This document shows positions 43,885-45,801 of a stretch of 45,801 nt of DNA, piece after piece (positions within the stretch are counted from its first letter, which is position 1; each line of letters opens with the position of its first letter). The stretch is from Acutalibacteraceae bacterium (GTDB lineage Bacteria; Bacillota; Clostridia; Oscillospirales; Acutalibacteraceae): contig JAZRRT010000155.1 of assembly GCA_045650985.1 (NCBI GenBank), positions 1 through 45,801 on the forward strand, read 5' to 3'. The notes under the pieces were generated by a model. It had not been told where the DNA came from. It did not search any database and saw only the letters and a list, made by a program, of their open reading frames with translations. The translations under genes were made by a program, and so were the position numbers.

Positions 43885-44568
43885 ATGGATATAAACTTCA
43901 AAAAAGTGAGCAAATTTTCACTTCTGAAAGCAGGTATTTACACTATTCTCGCAATCTGCGTTGCCGCATCCGGCATCGGCACGTATTCGTTTATCAAGAA
44001 GACCTATGAGTCTGTCACGGAGCCGTTGACAAGTATTGATTGGGACAATCAGGGCGGCAAGCTTGAAGCGGACGTACCCGCCACAAAAGTTACTTTCCCG
44101 CAAACGTCGCAAGAGGAGGAAAAAGAGACTCGGAAGCCTGACAATCTGCCTTTCACCGGCAGCTTTGCACTGCCGCTCGGCACTGAAATTCTCAAGGATT
44201 ACTCCGACGGAGAAATGGTCAGCTCAAAGACAATGGGTGATTGGCGCGTACACAACGGCATAGACTTCACAGGGCTTGATTCTGCTGACGTTTTCGCCAT
44301 TCAGGCAGGAAAAGTCACCGACGTTTACGACGATGCAATGTGGGGAATTGTTGCGGAAATTGACCTGGGCAACACAATGACCGCAAAGTACTGCGGACTC
44401 AAAAGCGGCACAACAGTCAAAAAAGGAGATACGGTGAAAAAAGGTGAAGTTATAGGTAAGCTCGGCACAATTCCGATTGAGCAGGCTGACGGACCGCACC
44501 TTCATCTTGAAATTACGGTAAACGGAGTTATCGTAGACCCGCTCGCCGCAATGAACCGTGCATCATAG
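43885..44568 (+). CDS. Membrane-anchored M23 (LytM-type) metallopeptidase
   Basis: GGAGGG SD and an N-terminal TM helix. M23 motifs: HNGIDF (HxxxD) and GPHLHLE (HxH). Confidence 0.85.
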   Translation: MDINFKKVSKFSLLKAGIYTILAICVAASGIGTYSFIKKTYESVTEPLTSIDWDNQGGKLEADVPATKVTFPQTSQEEEKETRKPDNLPFTGSFALPLGTEILKDYSDGEMVSSKTMGDWRVHNGIDFTGLDSADVFAIQAGKVTDVYDDAMWGIVAEIDLGNTMTAKYCGLKSGTTVKKGDTVKKGEVIGKLGTIPIEQADGPHLHLEITVNGVIVDPLAAMNRAS

Positions 44569-44574
44569 ATGACA

Positions 44575-44603
44575 AAACGGCACCCTTAGCAATAAAGGGT
44601 GCC
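44575..44603 (-). terminator. Terminator between convergent genes (better on minus strand)
   Basis: Perfect 11-bp stem acggcaccctt / aagggtgccgt, loop agcaata. On the minus strand it is followed by ttttg. Confidence 0.6.
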
Positions 44604-44621
44604 GTTAGGCTTTATGTATTG

Positions 44622-45260
44622 TTATTCGCCGTCAATATCTGCAGAAGTATCAGACATACGCTTTTTCTTGCCGAATTTTTTCAGACCAATCTCCTTGCGG
44701 AAGTTGTTGACAAACATAAACAGTGCCAAACCGATAACGACAGCAACAATCGCACAAATAAATTCAACCACCAAACTCAATATACCTGTGCCTACATTTA
44801 GTGTGGCCTGCAGCTCAAAATCACCGTCTGCTATCAAAGAAGTAATTAAAGAAATTGCAGATGTTATCGTACCGCCGATACGGTCAGCAACAGTAATTGA
44901 AATGTACGATACGCCGATAAATTTGAACATATCGCTGACTTTTTTAGAGGCGAAGAAAGCGAACACAAAGTACACTATCATATTGAGGCAGAAAGACAGC
45001 CAAGAACTTGCACCGGTGTAAACTATCCAAAAGACACTATAATTATCGTATCTGAAGCCAAAAACATCACATATAAACGGACCAAGCACATTCATCAAGC
45101 CCGGTATAAGAGGCACAACACATGTTGACAAAAATATACATACCGCCAGAAGAATGTACGGAAGTGTCAGGAGCTCCCTGAGCTTGCTTTTTTTCTTTTC
45201 CTGCGGTACTTGAGTGAAACTTTCGTCAGGCGTACAGCCGTAATCAAAATTGTTATCCAT
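44622..45260 (-). CDS. Polytopic membrane protein, unknown function
   Basis: AAAGGAGG SD, 212 aa, about 5 hydrophobic helices, and a basic/acidic C-terminal tail. Confidence 0.6.
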   Translation of the reverse strand: MDNNFDYGCTPDESFTQVPQEKKKSKLRELLTLPYILLAVCIFLSTCVVPLIPGLMNVLGPFICDVFGFRYDNYSVFWIVYTGASSWLSFCLNMIVYFVFAFFASKKVSDMFKFIGVSYISITVADRIGGTITSAISLITSLIADGDFELQATLNVGTGILSLVVEFICAIVAVVIGLALFMFVNNFRKEIGLKKFGKKKRMSDTSADIDGE

Positions 45261-45415
45261 AACAGTAAACCTCCTTTGTTAAAGTTATATGTTCATTATA
45301 AATAATACCTTACGCTGTGTCAATACAGAGCCAAAAAGCCAACGCAAAAGTCGTTGTTTTGTATATATTTCGTTTAAGAATATTAAAATAATTTGTCTGA
45401 TTTCTATATTTTTAC

Positions 45416-45445
45416 TTGTAAGGAGTAGCGAATATGTGTTATAAT
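45416..45445 (+). promoter_or_regulatory. Sigma-A-type promoter with extended -10
   Basis: TTGTAA (45416-45421), 18-nt spacer, TGtTATAAT (TATAAT at 45440-45445). Confidence 0.5.
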
Positions 45446-45478
45446 ATTTTTTATAAAAAAATCTAAGGAGAGGCTTCC

Positions 45479-45801
45479 ATGAGCAACAAAGGCAAGCTTG
45501 TTTCAAAAGACAAGCTCAAAGATTTTGCTACCGAAATCAAAACTCATTGGCGAACTCCTGCCGAAGGAAAGTACGTCCCCTACCGTGAATACAAAGACGT
45601 ACTTCTGGCGGTAGGAAGCAACTACGCCGGCTCAAAGGTGCTTGAGTACATAAGCTTTTTATCATCCTGTTACCTCATTATGCACCACTATAACCTGCCC
45701 TACCTGCCATTTTGCATCATCGGCATTAACAATATGCCACTTGGCTACATATCGGCCCTGATGTGGTGGCTCGTATGTGACAATCTCGGATTTTTGCCAA
45801 A
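45479..45801 (+). CDS. Partial CDS (3' end outside window): membrane transporter, possibly glycoside-cation symporter (GPH/MFS)-like
   Basis: It is not in the track because it has no stop inside the window. I translated it by hand from ATG 45479 (TAAGGAGAGG SD): MSNKGKLVSKDKLKDFATEIKTHWRTPAEGKYVPYREYKDVLLAVGSNYAGSKVLEYISF...WWLVCDNLGFLPK. The frame stays open to the window edge and hydrophobic helices begin near residue 45. The family guess is weak. Confidence 0.55.
   Translation, partial: MSNKGKLVSKDKLKDFATEIKTHWRTPAEGKYVPYREYKDVLLAVGSNYAGSKVLEYISFLSSCYLIMHHYNLPYLPFCIIGINNMPLGYISALMWWLVCDNLGFLP

Overview
The window looks like a core-chromosome segment of a Gram-positive, Clostridia-like bacterium. 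The evidence is a ylxM-ffh-rpsP-KH-rimM-trmD cluster, LexA with GAAC-N4-GTTY-type boxes, GGAGG-type Shine-Dalgarno sites and many intrinsic terminators. I call about 47 protein genes. They include: surface lipoproteins; phosphoglucomutase; LCP and transglutaminase-like wall proteins; a compact folE-folP-folB-folK operon; Ogg; a TetR gene translationally coupled to a class-III aminotransferase; a secreted protein plus lipase pair; GH4 and GH13 glycosidases, each next to phosphoesterases; a 7-kb divergent cluster of three Gfo/Idh/MocA oxidoreductases, two xylose-isomerase-like TIM barrels and a purple-acid-phosphatase-like enzyme; an MraY-like paralog; guaB; lexA; VanY- and M23-type wall peptidases. 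I found no rRNA, tRNA, CRISPR array, transposase, integrase, phage or recognisable defence genes, so most of the window is ordinary housekeeping or carbohydrate-metabolism DNA. I cannot point to a clear-cut novel system. The best candidates for a second look are: (1) the oxidoreductase/TIM-barrel cluster at 21.7-28.7 kb, as a possible redox-assisted (3-keto) glycoside or cyclitol pathway; (2) a structured roughly 100-nt leader or sRNA candidate between lexA and a divergent membrane-anchored M23 peptidase; (3) a 628-bp ORF-free, hairpin-rich intergenic region upstream of ylxM; (4) a divergent MraY paralog sitting where rplS normally follows trmD. All family assignments come from motif recognition by eye, not from searches.
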